A DNA stretch of 61,751 nucleotides, filler included. It is 5 parts of 5 records of this genome, joined end to end, with 100 filler letters (N's around TTAATTAATTAA, not from the genome) between each part and the next. Parts side by side here need not be neighbours in the genome. Positions count along the whole stretch, not along the records: positions 32,751 to 43,477 come from SRR31156797_1213; positions 43,578 to 61,751 come from SRR31156797_1214; 3 more parts are not named here. One strand, written 5' to 3'. The notes beneath the pieces are model-generated. The model had not been told where the DNA came from. It made no database searches and worked only from the letters and a program-made list of their open reading frames with translations. Shown in pieces: positions 38,059-47,982 of this stretch (its first letter is position 1; every line of letters starts with the position of its first letter). A program made the translations under genes and the position numbers.

Positions 38059-38433
38059 TTATTCGGGAATAAAGATGCGTATTTTTTCAATAAGCTGTTC
38101 TGCAGTGAAGGGTTTTGCCAAATATTCATCCATACCAACATCGAAACATTTTTTCCGGTCGTTATCCAGCGTGTTAGCTGTTATTGCTATAATAGGCACC
38201 GGATTTTCAATACCTTTTAATTCTTCAAACTTTCGAATTTCCTGGGTTATTTCATAGCCATCCATTTCGGGTAGCATAATATCCATTAGAATTAAATCGA
38301 AAGTTTGGTTTTTTACGAATTTCATGGCATCGTTTCCGTTTGTAACAGCTGTTACGTTGTATTTGTATTTTCTCAAATTGAACGTAACCACTTTTTGATT
38401 TAATAGGTTGTCTTCAACAAGTAAAATGTCCAA
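38059..38433 (-). CDS. Single-domain response regulator (receiver only)
   Basis: ILLVEDN, LILMDIMLPEMDG, IIAITAN, YLAKP. TTG start. Confidence 0.9.
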   Translation of the reverse strand: MDILLVEDNLLNQKVVTFNLRKYKYNVTAVTNGNDAMKFVKNQTFDLILMDIMLPEMDGYEITQEIRKFEELKGIENPVPIIAITANTLDNDRKKCFDVGMDEYLAKPFTAEQLIEKIRIFIPE

Positions 38434-38860
38434 ACTTTAAGTATTATAATTATTTAATTTAAACAAATATAAAAACTAATACTAGTAATTATATCCTGTT
38501 CAAACGTGTTAATTACTATTTTTTAATTTTTATGAAAAATAAGTACACACTCTTGTTAAACATTTTTCAACACTAAAAGTTATTCTAACCACTTTAAAAA
38601 AAGTATAATAGCAAAAGTTTTTAACATGTGTTAATAGCTGATGTAAATAGTGAATCAAGGTTTTCAACCCGTGCATTTCCTGTGAATATGTTTCAATCAA
38701 AAAATAAGAAAATCTAAATTGTAATTCGAAGTTTGGTTTATATGATGAAAATTCTGAAGAATGCAAAAATTAGTTTAAAAGATTACTTTTGTTTTTTGTA
38801 CAACGTTGCACACAATTATTAACAATTGTGGAAAAAAGTAAACGTTTGAAATATAGCTAA
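38434..38860. other. AT-rich intergenic region with a cluster of DnaA-box-like sites (candidate oriC)
   Basis: TGTGGAAAA (reverse complement TTTTCCACA) at 38827, plus near matches TTTTCAACA 38564, TTTTTAACA 38618, TGTTAATAG 38629, TGTGAATAT 38681 and TTATTAACA 38816. Confidence 0.5.
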
Positions 38861-38869
38861 TTGGAAAAA

Positions 38870-41800
38870 ATGACTGAAAATTATAACATACTTGTTAATA
38901 AACTAAATGCTTTCAGATTAAAATACAATTTATATCGATTGCTAAAAGGTAGTATAATTACATTTGTTTTATTAATTGCCACATACACAGCTTTTTCGCT
39001 TGTTGAATACTTCGTTTTTTTATCTCCTGCTATACGAAAGGTCATCGTTTTCAGTTACCTTTTTTTTGGTGTTCTGTTAATAGCTCATTATATAATACCA
39101 TCCGTTCTACGTTTATTGCATGTATTAAAACCTATGGACCCTAAAGCTTCGTCTGGTATAATACAGAATTATTTCAAGGAGATAGAAGATAAGTTATTGA
39201 ATATAATAGAATTAGCGGATATTAACGATGCCAGTTATTCTAACGAAATAATTGTCGCAAGTATTGATCAAAAAATTGCTGAATTAAAAGTATTTGATTT
39301 TAATGACGCAGTACAATTTAAGAACGTTCGTTTTATTGCATTTTATCTGGTTATTAGCCTGATTATTGCAACCGGTATATTTCTGGCCAACAAAAATATT
39401 TTAACAGATTCAACCTATAGGTTGGTGTATTACAATCAACAGTTTGTAAAACCTGCCCCCTTTAAATTCGAGCTTAAGAACAATATTTTAAAAGCAAAAA
39501 AAGGTGATTCATTTGTTGTTCGGGTAAACGCAAAGGGTGATGAAATTCCAAAAATTGTATACATCAATATTGAAGGCAATAATTATTTGATGAAAACAAT
39601 AAATAGTGGGAGTTATGAATTTGAAATTGCAAGCGTAATAAATCCGGTTAAATTTTATTTTAGTGATCTAAAATATAATTCTGAAACTTTCAGTTTAAAA
39701 CTATTACCAAAACCAGGGATTAATTCGTTTCGTACTTTAATTGAACCTCCAAAATACACCACTATAGAAAATAAGGAGTTTGAAAATATTGGTGATGTGC
39801 AAGTACCCAACGGAACAAAAATTACATGGTCTTTTAACGGTATGGATGTCGATTCTTTGTTTTTTATTATCGATGATTCAATAAGAGTTAATTCAGAAAA
39901 TAAAGACGAAAATTTTGTAATTGAAAAAACGTTTTACCAATCGTGTAATTATAATGTTTACATAAGAAATAAAGTTACAGAACCCGAACTTTCGCTTTCA
40001 TATAAAATTGATGTAATACCTGACCTGTTTCCTGAAATTGAAATAATTCAGGTTAAAGATTCAATTCAATTAACTCGTTTCTTTTTTAAAGGTACTATAG
40101 GCGATGATTATGGATTTTCAGCTCTAAAGTTTCATTATAACATTGAAAATAATGATTCTGCAATTTCAATACCTTTAGTAAGGACAATGGTTGACCAGGA
40201 ATTCTATTATAGTATTGATTTTAAGGATTTAGATTCAGCAGAAGGAACAATATCGTATTATTTCTCTGTTAGCGACAACGATCAAATAAACAAATATAAA
40301 ACAACAACATCAAACAGTTTTACTTTTAAAATTCCTGATAGAGAAGAGTTGTTAGAAAACGAAAAGGAAAGATTTGAAGACCTTCAAAAAATGGTTGAAG
40401 AAAGTCAAAGTCTGGCTCGTGAAATACAAAAGGATATGAAAAATCTTCAAATGAAGAATATGGATACCAATATTTCAAATTGGGAAAAATCGCAAATGGT
40501 TAACGACATTGTGCAAAAACAAAATAAACTGGAAAAACTATACGACAAAATAAGGGAGGACAATAAAAATTTGAATAATTACTTGAACTCGTTTAATGAA
40601 CAAAACCAGAAAATTGTTGAAAAGCAAAAACTAATAGAACAATTGCTCGAGGAGGTTTTTACTGATGAGTTGAAAGAACTAATGGATGAGTTTAATAAGC
40701 TTGCGGAAGAATTCGACGGTAAAAAGTTAAACGAATTGTCAAAAAATATGGACCTCACAATGGATGATCTGCAAAAACAACTGGATAGAAATCTTGACAT
40801 GCTAAAAAAATTGAAAGTTGAGCAAAAAGTACAGGATGTTATTGATGCAGTTAAGAAAATGGCAGATGAAGAAGACAATTGGTCCAAAGAAGTTGTAGAA
40901 AAGAAGAACTTTGAAGAAATAAATAAAGGGATTAATGAACATCAGGAAAATCTCTTACAGTTGCAAGAACAGCTTAATGAAGCAATAGAAATGAATGAGG
41001 AATTGGAAGAGCCAATTGGTATGGATAATTTTGAACAGGAGTTTAATGAATTGGATAAAAGTATTGAGAAGAGCAAAGAGAATTTAGATAAAAAGAATCG
41101 TAAAAAATCTGGATCGAGTATAAAAAATAACTCTGAGCAGATGAAAAATCTGGCATTTGCAATGCAGCAAATGATGGAAATGAATTCTATGCAGCAAAAC
41201 AAGGAGAACATTCAAAATCTAAAGCAAATTTTAAGTAACCTTATTCTTTTATCCTTTACACAAGAAGATGTTTTAAGTGATTTGGCAGGTATTAGTGCAA
41301 AAGATCCAAGACTAGTTGACTTAAATAAAAAGCAAAAATCGATCGTTGATAATAGCAAAATTGTACGCGATTCTTTGTATAGCCTGGCCATGCGAACTCC
41401 GCACATTAACAGTATGGTAAATAACGAAATTATTTCGATGGAAACTAACCTGAATAAGGCAAGCGAGCAAATGGAAGAGGCCCTATTTACTAATGCAAGA
41501 AGTAGTCAACAATTTGTGATTACTGCAGCAAATAATCTTGCTTTAATGTTAAACGAAGCCTTGGAACAACTTGAAAAACAACAAGCAAATTCAGAACCGG
41601 GAAATCAACAGTGTGAAAATCCTGGACAGGGTAGTTCCGGAATGAATAATTTGAAGGAATCATCGGAAAGTATAAAACAACAATTGCAAAAGATGATTGA
41701 ACAAATGAAGAGTGGTAATCAAAAAGGATTGAGTAAACAAATGGGGCAAAATCTTATGCAACACGAAATGATGCAGCAAATGTTAAGGGATTTAATGAAT

Positions 41801-42151
41801 AACGGTAATGTGGGAAGTGGAACAAAACAAACTCTAAAGCAAATTGATGAAATGCTTGAACAGAACCGTAAAGAATTAATGAACAGATCGATAAACGCTC
41901 AAATCATAGCTAGGCAAAACTTAATTACAACACGTTTATTGGAAGCAGAAAAAGCTGAGTTTGAAAGAGAATTTGAAGATAAAAGAGAATCAGAAAGTGC
42001 AGAAGAATTTTATAGTAACCCTGTAAGGTTTTTTGAGTATAAGAACAAAGAAAATTATTCCATAGAATATCTGAATAAAAACTCACATAAGTTGTCTAAT
42101 TTTTACAACAAAAAATATAAGAACTATATAAATAGTATACAGAAACAGTAG
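38870..42151 (+). CDS. DUF4175-like large membrane / coiled-coil protein
   Basis: N-terminal TMs, IEDKLLN, PPKYT, DDYG, VSDND, a long Gln/Glu/Met-rich coil and TRLLEAEKAE. This architecture is usual upstream of ybeY in Bacteroidota. Confidence 0.75.
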   Translation: MTENYNILVNKLNAFRLKYNLYRLLKGSIITFVLLIATYTAFSLVEYFVFLSPAIRKVIVFSYLFFGVLLIAHYIIPSVLRLLHVLKPMDPKASSGIIQNYFKEIEDKLLNIIELADINDASYSNEIIVASIDQKIAELKVFDFNDAVQFKNVRFIAFYLVISLIIATGIFLANKNILTDSTYRLVYYNQQFVKPAPFKFELKNNILKAKKGDSFVVRVNAKGDEIPKIVYINIEGNNYLMKTINSGSYEFEIASVINPVKFYFSDLKYNSETFSLKLLPKPGINSFRTLIEPPKYTTIENKEFENIGDVQVPNGTKITWSFNGMDVDSLFFIIDDSIRVNSENKDENFVIEKTFYQSCNYNVYIRNKVTEPELSLSYKIDVIPDLFPEIEIIQVKDSIQLTRFFFKGTIGDDYGFSALKFHYNIENNDSAISIPLVRTMVDQEFYYSIDFKDLDSAEGTISYYFSVSDNDQINKYKTTTSNSFTFKIPDREELLENEKERFEDLQKMVEESQSLAREIQKDMKNLQMKNMDTNISNWEKSQMVNDIVQKQNKLEKLYDKIREDNKNLNNYLNSFNEQNQKIVEKQKLIEQLLEEVFTDELKELMDEFNKLAEEFDGKKLNELSKNMDLTMDDLQKQLDRNLDMLKKLKVEQKVQDVIDAVKKMADEEDNWSKEVVEKKNFEEINKGINEHQENLLQLQEQLNEAIEMNEELEEPIGMDNFEQEFNELDKSIEKSKENLDKKNRKKSGSSIKNNSEQMKNLAFAMQQMMEMNSMQQNKENIQNLKQILSNLILLSFTQEDVLSDLAGISAKDPRLVDLNKKQKSIVDNSKIVRDSLYSLAMRTPHINSMVNNEIISMETNLNKASEQMEEALFTNARSSQQFVITAANNLALMLNEALEQLEKQQANSEPGNQQCENPGQGSSGMNNLKESSESIKQQLQKMIEQMKSGNQKGLSKQMGQNLMQHEMMQQMLRDLMNNGNVGSGTKQTLKQIDEMLEQNRKELMNRSINAQIIARQNLITTRLLEAEKAEFEREFEDKRESESAEEFYSNPVRFFEYKNKENYSIEYLNKNSHKLSNFYNKKYKNYINSIQKQ

Positions 42152-42561
42152 TGATAAAACAACCACCCAACATATTAATAATTAGGTCGCAAAGGTCTGA
42201 ATTAAAACGAGTTGAACAATTTATAAAAGAAATATTTTCTTATTATAATTTTAATGAAGCTTGTTTTAATAAAGTATTATTATGTGTTTCAGAAGCTACC
42301 ATTAATTCTATTATTCATGGAAATAAGGAGGACGGAACAAAAAAAGTAGAATTAAACGTTAATTGCAAAACGCATATTATAAGTATTAATATAACAGATG
42401 AAGGGCAAGGTTTTGATACCACTTCAATTCCGGATCCGACACATTCTGACCATATTTTAAAGGAATCGGGAAGAGGGATACATATAATAAGAAACATAGC
42501 AAGAAGTGTTTGGTATAATGAAAAAGGAAACAGTTTAAGATTTGATATAGAATGTAAATGA
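42151..42561 (+). CDS. RsbW/SpoIIAB-like HATPase protein (anti-sigma-factor-type kinase)
   Basis: EATINSIIHGN, ITDEGQGFD, ESGRGIHII. Confidence 0.85.
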   Translation: MIKQPPNILIIRSQRSELKRVEQFIKEIFSYYNFNEACFNKVLLCVSEATINSIIHGNKEDGTKKVELNVNCKTHIISINITDEGQGFDTTSIPDPTHSDHILKESGRGIHIIRNIARSVWYNEKGNSLRFDIECK

Positions 42562-42995
42562 GTTCAATAACGTTTTTTTTCGAGGATATTGCTAAAATAT
42601 CAATTAATGAAAATGATCTAAAGGATAAAGTTAAAGAGTTAATAATCAATGAAAAAAAGGTTCTAGGTAACATTTCAGTCATATTTTGTTCAGATGACTA
42701 TTTGCTGGAAATCAATAAAGAATATCTAAATCATAACTATTATACGGATATAATAACTTTCGATTACGTTGAGAAAAACGTAATTTCGGGCGATTTATTT
42801 ATTAGTATGGATCGAATAAAGGAAAACGCAAATGACTTTAAAGTAATAGTAATAAGGGAGTTATACAGAGTCGTTTTTCATGGAGTGTTGCATTTGGTAG
42901 GTTATAAAGATAAAAAGGATGAAGAACAGGCTTTAATGACTTCAAAAGAAGATTTTTATTTGTCTAAGGTTGATTTCAAGGAATATAAGATATGA
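42558..42995 (+). CDS. ybeY: rRNA maturation RNase YbeY
   Basis: IN..YLNH.YYTDIITF, GDLFIS, HGVLHLVGYKD. Confidence 0.93.
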   Translation: MSSITFFFEDIAKISINENDLKDKVKELIINEKKVLGNISVIFCSDDYLLEINKEYLNHNYYTDIITFDYVEKNVISGDLFISMDRIKENANDFKVIVIRELYRVVFHGVLHLVGYKDKKDEEQALMTSKEDFYLSKVDFKEYKI

Positions 42996-43477
42996 TTCAA
43001 AAGTATGATGTTATTGTTGTAGGAGGAGGACATGCGGGATGTGAAGCAGCAGCTGCAGCAGCTAACCTGGGTTCAAATACTTTATTGATTACAATGGATA
43101 TGACCAAATATGGTCAAATGTCGTGTAATCCGGCGATGGGCGGTATAGCAAAAGGTCAAATTGTACGCGAAATTGATGCGTTAGGCGGCTATTCAGGGAT
43201 TATAGCAGATAAGACTACGATACAATTCAGAATGCTAAACAAGTCAAAAGGACCGGCAATGTGGAGTCCAAGATCGCAAAATGACCGATTTAGGTTTGTT
43301 GAAGAATGGCGTGAAATTTTAGAAAGTATAGATAATCTTGATTTATGGCAGGATGCTGTTACATCATTAATTATCAATAATAACTCGGTAAAAGGGGTTA
43401 AAACAAAAATCGGGATAGAATTTTTTTCCAATTCGGTTATTTTAACCAATGGTACTTTTCTAAATGGATTAATGCAT
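42992..43477 (+). CDS. mnmG: tRNA U34 modification enzyme MnmG/GidA, 3'-truncated
   Basis: VVGGGHAGCEAA, MSCNPAMGGIAKGQIVREIDALGG, LNKSKGPA. Confidence 0.97.
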
Positions 43478-43577
43478 NNNNNNNNNNNNNNNNNNNNNNN
43501 NNNNNNNNNNNNNNNNNNNNNTTAATTAATTAANNNNNNNNNNNNNNNNNNNNNNNNNNNNNNNNNNNNNNNNNNNN
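43478..43577. other. Artificial contig linker
   Basis: N-run / TTAATTAATTAA / N-run. Confidence 0.99.
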
Positions 43578-43604
43578 TTGGTCCTTGAGAACCTGAGTTG
43601 TTAC

Positions 43605-43636
43605 AAAAAAAGCAAGCCGGAATGGCTTGCTAAAAA
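43605..43636 (-). terminator. Rho-independent terminator after the TonB receptor gene
   Basis: AGCAAGCC-GGAAT-GGCTTGCT stem. The plus-strand A-run at 43605-43610 reads as a U-tract on the minus strand. Confidence 0.75.
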
Positions 43637-43663
43637 TAATATTATGTACTAAAAAGTATTTAA

Positions 43664-46222
43664 CTAAAATTTATAACTAACTCCTCCAAGTACTAGCATA
43701 GGTGCTTCATCCATATAGGCAAACTCAACAGACTTGCTGTTAAAGATATTTCTCCCATTAACAAAGAATTTAAGATTGTTATTGACTTTATAGGCAACTT
43801 TTGCATTGAGCAAAAATTTACTATCAATTTTAATCGTTCCATATTGATTTTCAAAAGACTGTTCTCCATAAAAATATCCTTGAGGAACAATTTCAATTTT
43901 CTCAATCGGTTTGTATGTAAGAGAAAAACCACCAAAATAATCTGGTGTAGACTTGTGTTTGTAATTATCTTGGGAAGAAGTTGGCAAGCTAGTTGATTCA
44001 CCCATGGTTATTTGAGGAATATCCATGGGATTTATTTGACCATTCATTAGTAAGCCTCCGTAATTAGTTAAGGTCTGAGTAGCGGCATCAGTGCTTAAAG
44101 CTGCAATCAGATTATCACGACTTATTCCTCTAAAATTATCTAATTTTGTTTGTTGCCATGTTAAATGAGCATTAGCTACTAATTTTTCGTTTATAACCCA
44201 GTCCACATTAATACTAGCTCCCAGTTGTTTTGATTTTAATTCCAGATTGTTGTATTGCATGTGCACAGAATCGGGAATAACACTAGGTGTTGTGGTTTGA
44301 GTCATATCTAATAAATAGTCTCTTGTATTTGTAATGTACACACTTGTGTAATCAGGAGATAATGAACCAAAACCATCAGACATAGTATAAAATGCTTCCA
44401 AGTCAACCAATATGTTTTTAGCAGGTCTCCACCTATATCCAAGTTCAATCATATCTGTGGTTAATAAATCGTAATCCTTGTTTCCACTAAATTGCATTAC
44501 TCTTGGGTATGGACTATTAACAATATTCCATGTATAATTAGAATGTGCGTTAACTAAAAATGATGACTGGTTTGCTCTTGAATATACAAGTCGTATTAGG
44601 TTATTATCATTGATTTTATAAGAACTTACTAATTGCCAGGATGCATATATTTCATCCGGGTGGTTATAATTTTCTCCTCTTAATGCTGCAATTAATCTTA
44701 GTTTTTCAATTGGTTTATAATCAAAACGCATACTCGCAGCTATAATACTAATATCTTTTTTCCCATTCAGGTATCCTCTACCTAAATCAGCCAAATGTGG
44801 AGAGTCGTCGTAGGAAATATGTTGGTAATTTAATCCTGGTCGAATATCCATTTTATTAAACTTGAGGTCATATTCAGCAGTGGCATTAATTTGATTAAGA
44901 TCTAATTCAAAACCTTCATTACCTACCATAAAATCAATGGTACCTCCATTATAATTAGTCTGGACATTTAAAGCGCCAATATTTGCCCTTAAATCGATAT
45001 AACCGGTTTTAGAGTCTTTTCCAGCTAGAGGACTTTGCATATCACCCATGGTTGTTGTAAATACATCAGACACTTGGTAACCTCCACTAATATCGAATTT
45101 AGTATTGTTATTTGGAGTGAATGCGATATATCCATTTGCTGCATATCTGTTTTTTGATTGATCTAAATTTTCAAAAACATGATCTATGCTGTATATGGTA
45201 TAATCAACCCCATTTAATTGTCCGGTATGGCCTTTTTCGGGGAAAGCAGTGTAAGAATAAATATTTCCGGAATAAGGGTTTGGTATTGGCTCTCCTGTTA
45301 TAGGGTGAATAAGTTCAAGTCGTTTTATTTCATCCAACGTATAATATCCATCTCCTAAAGATTCGCCAACTCCACCTATTTTATATTTACCTACTCCGGC
45401 TTCTTTATTGTAATAGGCGTTGTATAAATATAGATCATCTCTTTCACGCTTACGTGTTTCATAATTTCCAGAAATTCCTAGGGCTAGCTTTTTATTGATT
45501 TGCTTTCTAAATGCAATATCACCAATTAAAGTATTTAAACCACCTCCTTGTATATTTCCTGAAACCAAAGGGCTTTTGGTATTGATGTCTTTTGTAAAAA
45601 TATTTATCACACCAGAAACCGCATTGGGTCCATATAAAGCACTGGATGGACCTCTTACAACCTCTATTCTATCAACATCTTCGAAACTTATAGGTAACGA
45701 TTCCCATAATGTTCCTCCATGTGAATAGTTGAAAACCGGACGACCATTGATCATTACCAATGTTTGCGAGTTTTCGGAATAGAGTAACATATTATTCGAA
45801 GGTAAGTTGTCGTTTCCTCTGATGTGTACATCAAAGTTTCCATTGGTTTTCTGACGTACAATTACTCCAGGAACCATACGTAATGCTTCTTCAAAGCAGG
45901 TTGCACCGGATGCTAGCATTTGGTCGTGGCTAAGCACGGTTGTAGATAAAGGGGAGTCGAAAACACTTTCTTCAGATTTAGAAGCCGAGGTAACGTCTTT
46001 GTTTAATAGTAGTTCGTACAGTTCGTCTAGACTGGAAGCTCCAACTATATCCATTAATTTGCTTAATTCCTCTAAGTCATAAAAGGACAGTTCCTCAATG
46101 GTCATTTCTAAAACGTCATCTTTGGAAAGCGAATTAACATCTTTCTTAATCTCTTGTGCAACAGTAGCTACACTCAATAATATAGCAAATACGAATAAAA
46201 TGTATTTTGTGAGTCTCATCAT
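43664..46222 (-). CDS. TonB-dependent receptor of the YfiR-associated type
   Basis: Signal peptide, VTSASKSEES..SP, EALRMVPG, LVMINGR, RIEVVRGPSSALYGPNAVSGVINI plug signature, C-terminal YKF. Confidence 0.9.
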   Translation of the reverse strand: MMRLTKYILFVFAILLSVATVAQEIKKDVNSLSKDDVLEMTIEELSFYDLEELSKLMDIVGASSLDELYELLLNKDVTSASKSEESVFDSPLSTTVLSHDQMLASGATCFEEALRMVPGVIVRQKTNGNFDVHIRGNDNLPSNNMLLYSENSQTLVMINGRPVFNYSHGGTLWESLPISFEDVDRIEVVRGPSSALYGPNAVSGVINIFTKDINTKSPLVSGNIQGGGLNTLIGDIAFRKQINKKLALGISGNYETRKRERDDLYLYNAYYNKEAGVGKYKIGGVGESLGDGYYTLDEIKRLELIHPITGEPIPNPYSGNIYSYTAFPEKGHTGQLNGVDYTIYSIDHVFENLDQSKNRYAANGYIAFTPNNNTKFDISGGYQVSDVFTTTMGDMQSPLAGKDSKTGYIDLRANIGALNVQTNYNGGTIDFMVGNEGFELDLNQINATAEYDLKFNKMDIRPGLNYQHISYDDSPHLADLGRGYLNGKKDISIIAASMRFDYKPIEKLRLIAALRGENYNHPDEIYASWQLVSSYKINDNNLIRLVYSRANQSSFLVNAHSNYTWNIVNSPYPRVMQFSGNKDYDLLTTDMIELGYRWRPAKNILVDLEAFYTMSDGFGSLSPDYTSVYITNTRDYLLDMTQTTTPSVIPDSVHMQYNNLELKSKQLGASINVDWVINEKLVANAHLTWQQTKLDNFRGISRDNLIAALSTDAATQTLTNYGGLLMNGQINPMDIPQITMGESTSLPTSSQDNYKHKSTPDYFGGFSLTYKPIEKIEIVPQGYFYGEQSFENQYGTIKIDSKFLLNAKVAYKVNNNLKFFVNGRNIFNSKSVEFAYMDEAPMLVLGGVSYKF

Positions 46223-46229
46223 GTTTGGA

Positions 46230-46736
46230 TTATTTAATTTCAATACCTAAAGAAATAAGTTTGGGATCAACGTTTAATTTATGCGAAATAATGTTTCTGC
46301 GGCAAACTTCATATTTCATTTTGCCACCTATCGTAACGTAATTAATGCCTGCACCCTGACTGCATAAATTAGCTTTATCAGAGATAATAAGAGTTGGCTT
46401 TCCTGAAAAGAAACTAGCCACATTTTCAATGTTGGGCGATTGTTTTGTTGGAATGTAAAATAAATTGGCGTTAGGAACTTCTGATGGATTGTTAACGCTT
46501 TTAACCACAATGGTTTTGTTGTTGATTTTACGAGCTGCAGCTAGTTTTTTTAGTTCAGTAACAATTTCGTCGTTACCATAAACGCCAATAATAAATTCAT
46601 CTTGAGAGCTGTTGTTTGGCCATTCGATGTATTTAGCAAAGTTAAACATAAACAATGCTTTAAACATCGATTGTTGCCCATTTGCCGTTATGCATAATAT
46701 GAGCACCAGAGATGTAAGAATCGTCTTCCTTGTCAT
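46230..46736 (-). CDS. YfiR/HmsC (DUF4154) family periplasmic protein
   Basis: KALFMFNFAKYIEWP, IGVYG, PTLIISD, GAGINYV..GKMKYEV, LISLG. Confidence 0.88.
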   Translation of the reverse strand: MTRKTILTSLVLILCITANGQQSMFKALFMFNFAKYIEWPNNSSQDEFIIGVYGNDEIVTELKKLAAARKINNKTIVVKSVNNPSEVPNANLFYIPTKQSPNIENVASFFSGKPTLIISDKANLCSQGAGINYVTIGGKMKYEVCRRNIISHKLNVDPKLISLGIEIK

Positions 46737-47137
46737 AGATTAAAGTTTAAGTAATAATTTGAATATCAAAACACCTTGTTCTGATATTACAGTGTGATGT
46801 GTAAATATATGAATTATTTCAGTTATGCCAATATTAATAGGCTTTTCAAGCTTAGTTTAGGTTTTAAAATAAAGTGACTATTTACAATTAATATATCATT
46901 TGAAACGAATATATAATTTTAATTTAATGAAATAAAACCCTTTTATTCGGATGAATGCTTGAAAGGTTTCAATATGTGCAATGTTTTTATAATTCTGCAT
47001 TATGATGAATAAAGCTATTGTAATGAACATCAGTAGTATGTGGATGTCTTTTTATAAGCCAAATTAAAAGAAGAATTGAATTACAAGCATAATAGCTTTA
47101 ACTTCGCATTTATAACACAACACAAATACATACGATT

Positions 47138-47920
47138 ATGAAAGGATTATTTTCAATTTTAGTGGGTGCACTAATTATTTTTAGTGCTTGTTCGGATGAT
47201 GATAACAAAGAAGTTAATCTGAAAATCCGTTTAACAGATTCTCCGGCAGATTACGAAGAAGTGTTAATTGATATTGAGGAGGTCAGGGTTCAATTTGACT
47301 CAAATGGAGATTGGATAACGCTTGACAATGTGGAAGCAGGTATTTATAATTTACTTGATTTTACTAATGGTACAGATACACTATTAGTGGATGCCACATT
47401 ACCGGAAGGTACTATTTCGCAAATTCGATTAGTTTTAGGCGATGAAAACAGCGTAAAGATTGATGGACAATATTATGATATAAAAACGCCATCTGCCCAG
47501 CAATCCGGATTAAAACTAAATGTGCATGCTAATTTGGTTAGCGGGATAACTTATAAAATGTGGATTGACTTTGATGCAGGACGTTCCATCGTGCATAAAG
47601 GAAATGGAAGTTATTCTTTAAAACCGGTTATTCGAACTTTTACCGAAGCAACTTCTGGTGGTATAAAAGGAATGATTAACCCTGTTGAATCGTATCCTTA
47701 TATCATGGCTATTAGTGAGTCGTTAGATACCTTTAGTACTTATGCAGATACAGCCAGCGGATATTTTTTAATTCGAGCACTTCCGGAAGGAACTTATTCA
47801 TTAGATATTGAGCCTGTTGAAATGTATCAGGAAAAAGAAATAGAAGATATTTCAGTGAGTACAGGAGAAGTTACTGATGTAGGTGAAATTATACTCGAAG
47901 AAGAAGAAGTGTCATTGTAA
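47138..47920 (+). CDS. DUF4382-domain lipoprotein
   Basis: Lipobox FSAC, IRLTDSPA, ISQIRLVLG, TPSAQQSGLK, DFDAGRSIV, LKPVIR. Confidence 0.88.
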   Translation: MKGLFSILVGALIIFSACSDDDNKEVNLKIRLTDSPADYEEVLIDIEEVRVQFDSNGDWITLDNVEAGIYNLLDFTNGTDTLLVDATLPEGTISQIRLVLGDENSVKIDGQYYDIKTPSAQQSGLKLNVHANLVSGITYKMWIDFDAGRSIVHKGNGSYSLKPVIRTFTEATSGGIKGMINPVESYPYIMAISESLDTFSTYADTASGYFLIRALPEGTYSLDIEPVEMYQEKEIEDISVSTGEVTDVGEIILEEEEVSL

Positions 47921-47942
47921 ATTATAACGATAAAAATATTTT

Positions 47943-47972
47943 GAAAAGAGGCTGGATTGGCCTCTTTTCTTA
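47943..47972 (+). terminator. Rho-independent terminator
   Basis: GAAAAGAGGC...GCCTCTTTTC followed by a T-rich tail. Confidence 0.7.
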
Positions 47973-47982
47973 TTTTTGAGGC

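Noticed and set aside
38530-38766. 78-aa ORF in the candidate origin region
   Set aside because: It has no recognisable motifs and a TTG start in AT-rich regulatory DNA, so it is probably spurious.
43578-43604. Possible tRNA fragment at the start of contig 5
   Set aside because: Too short, with no T-loop or cloverleaf.
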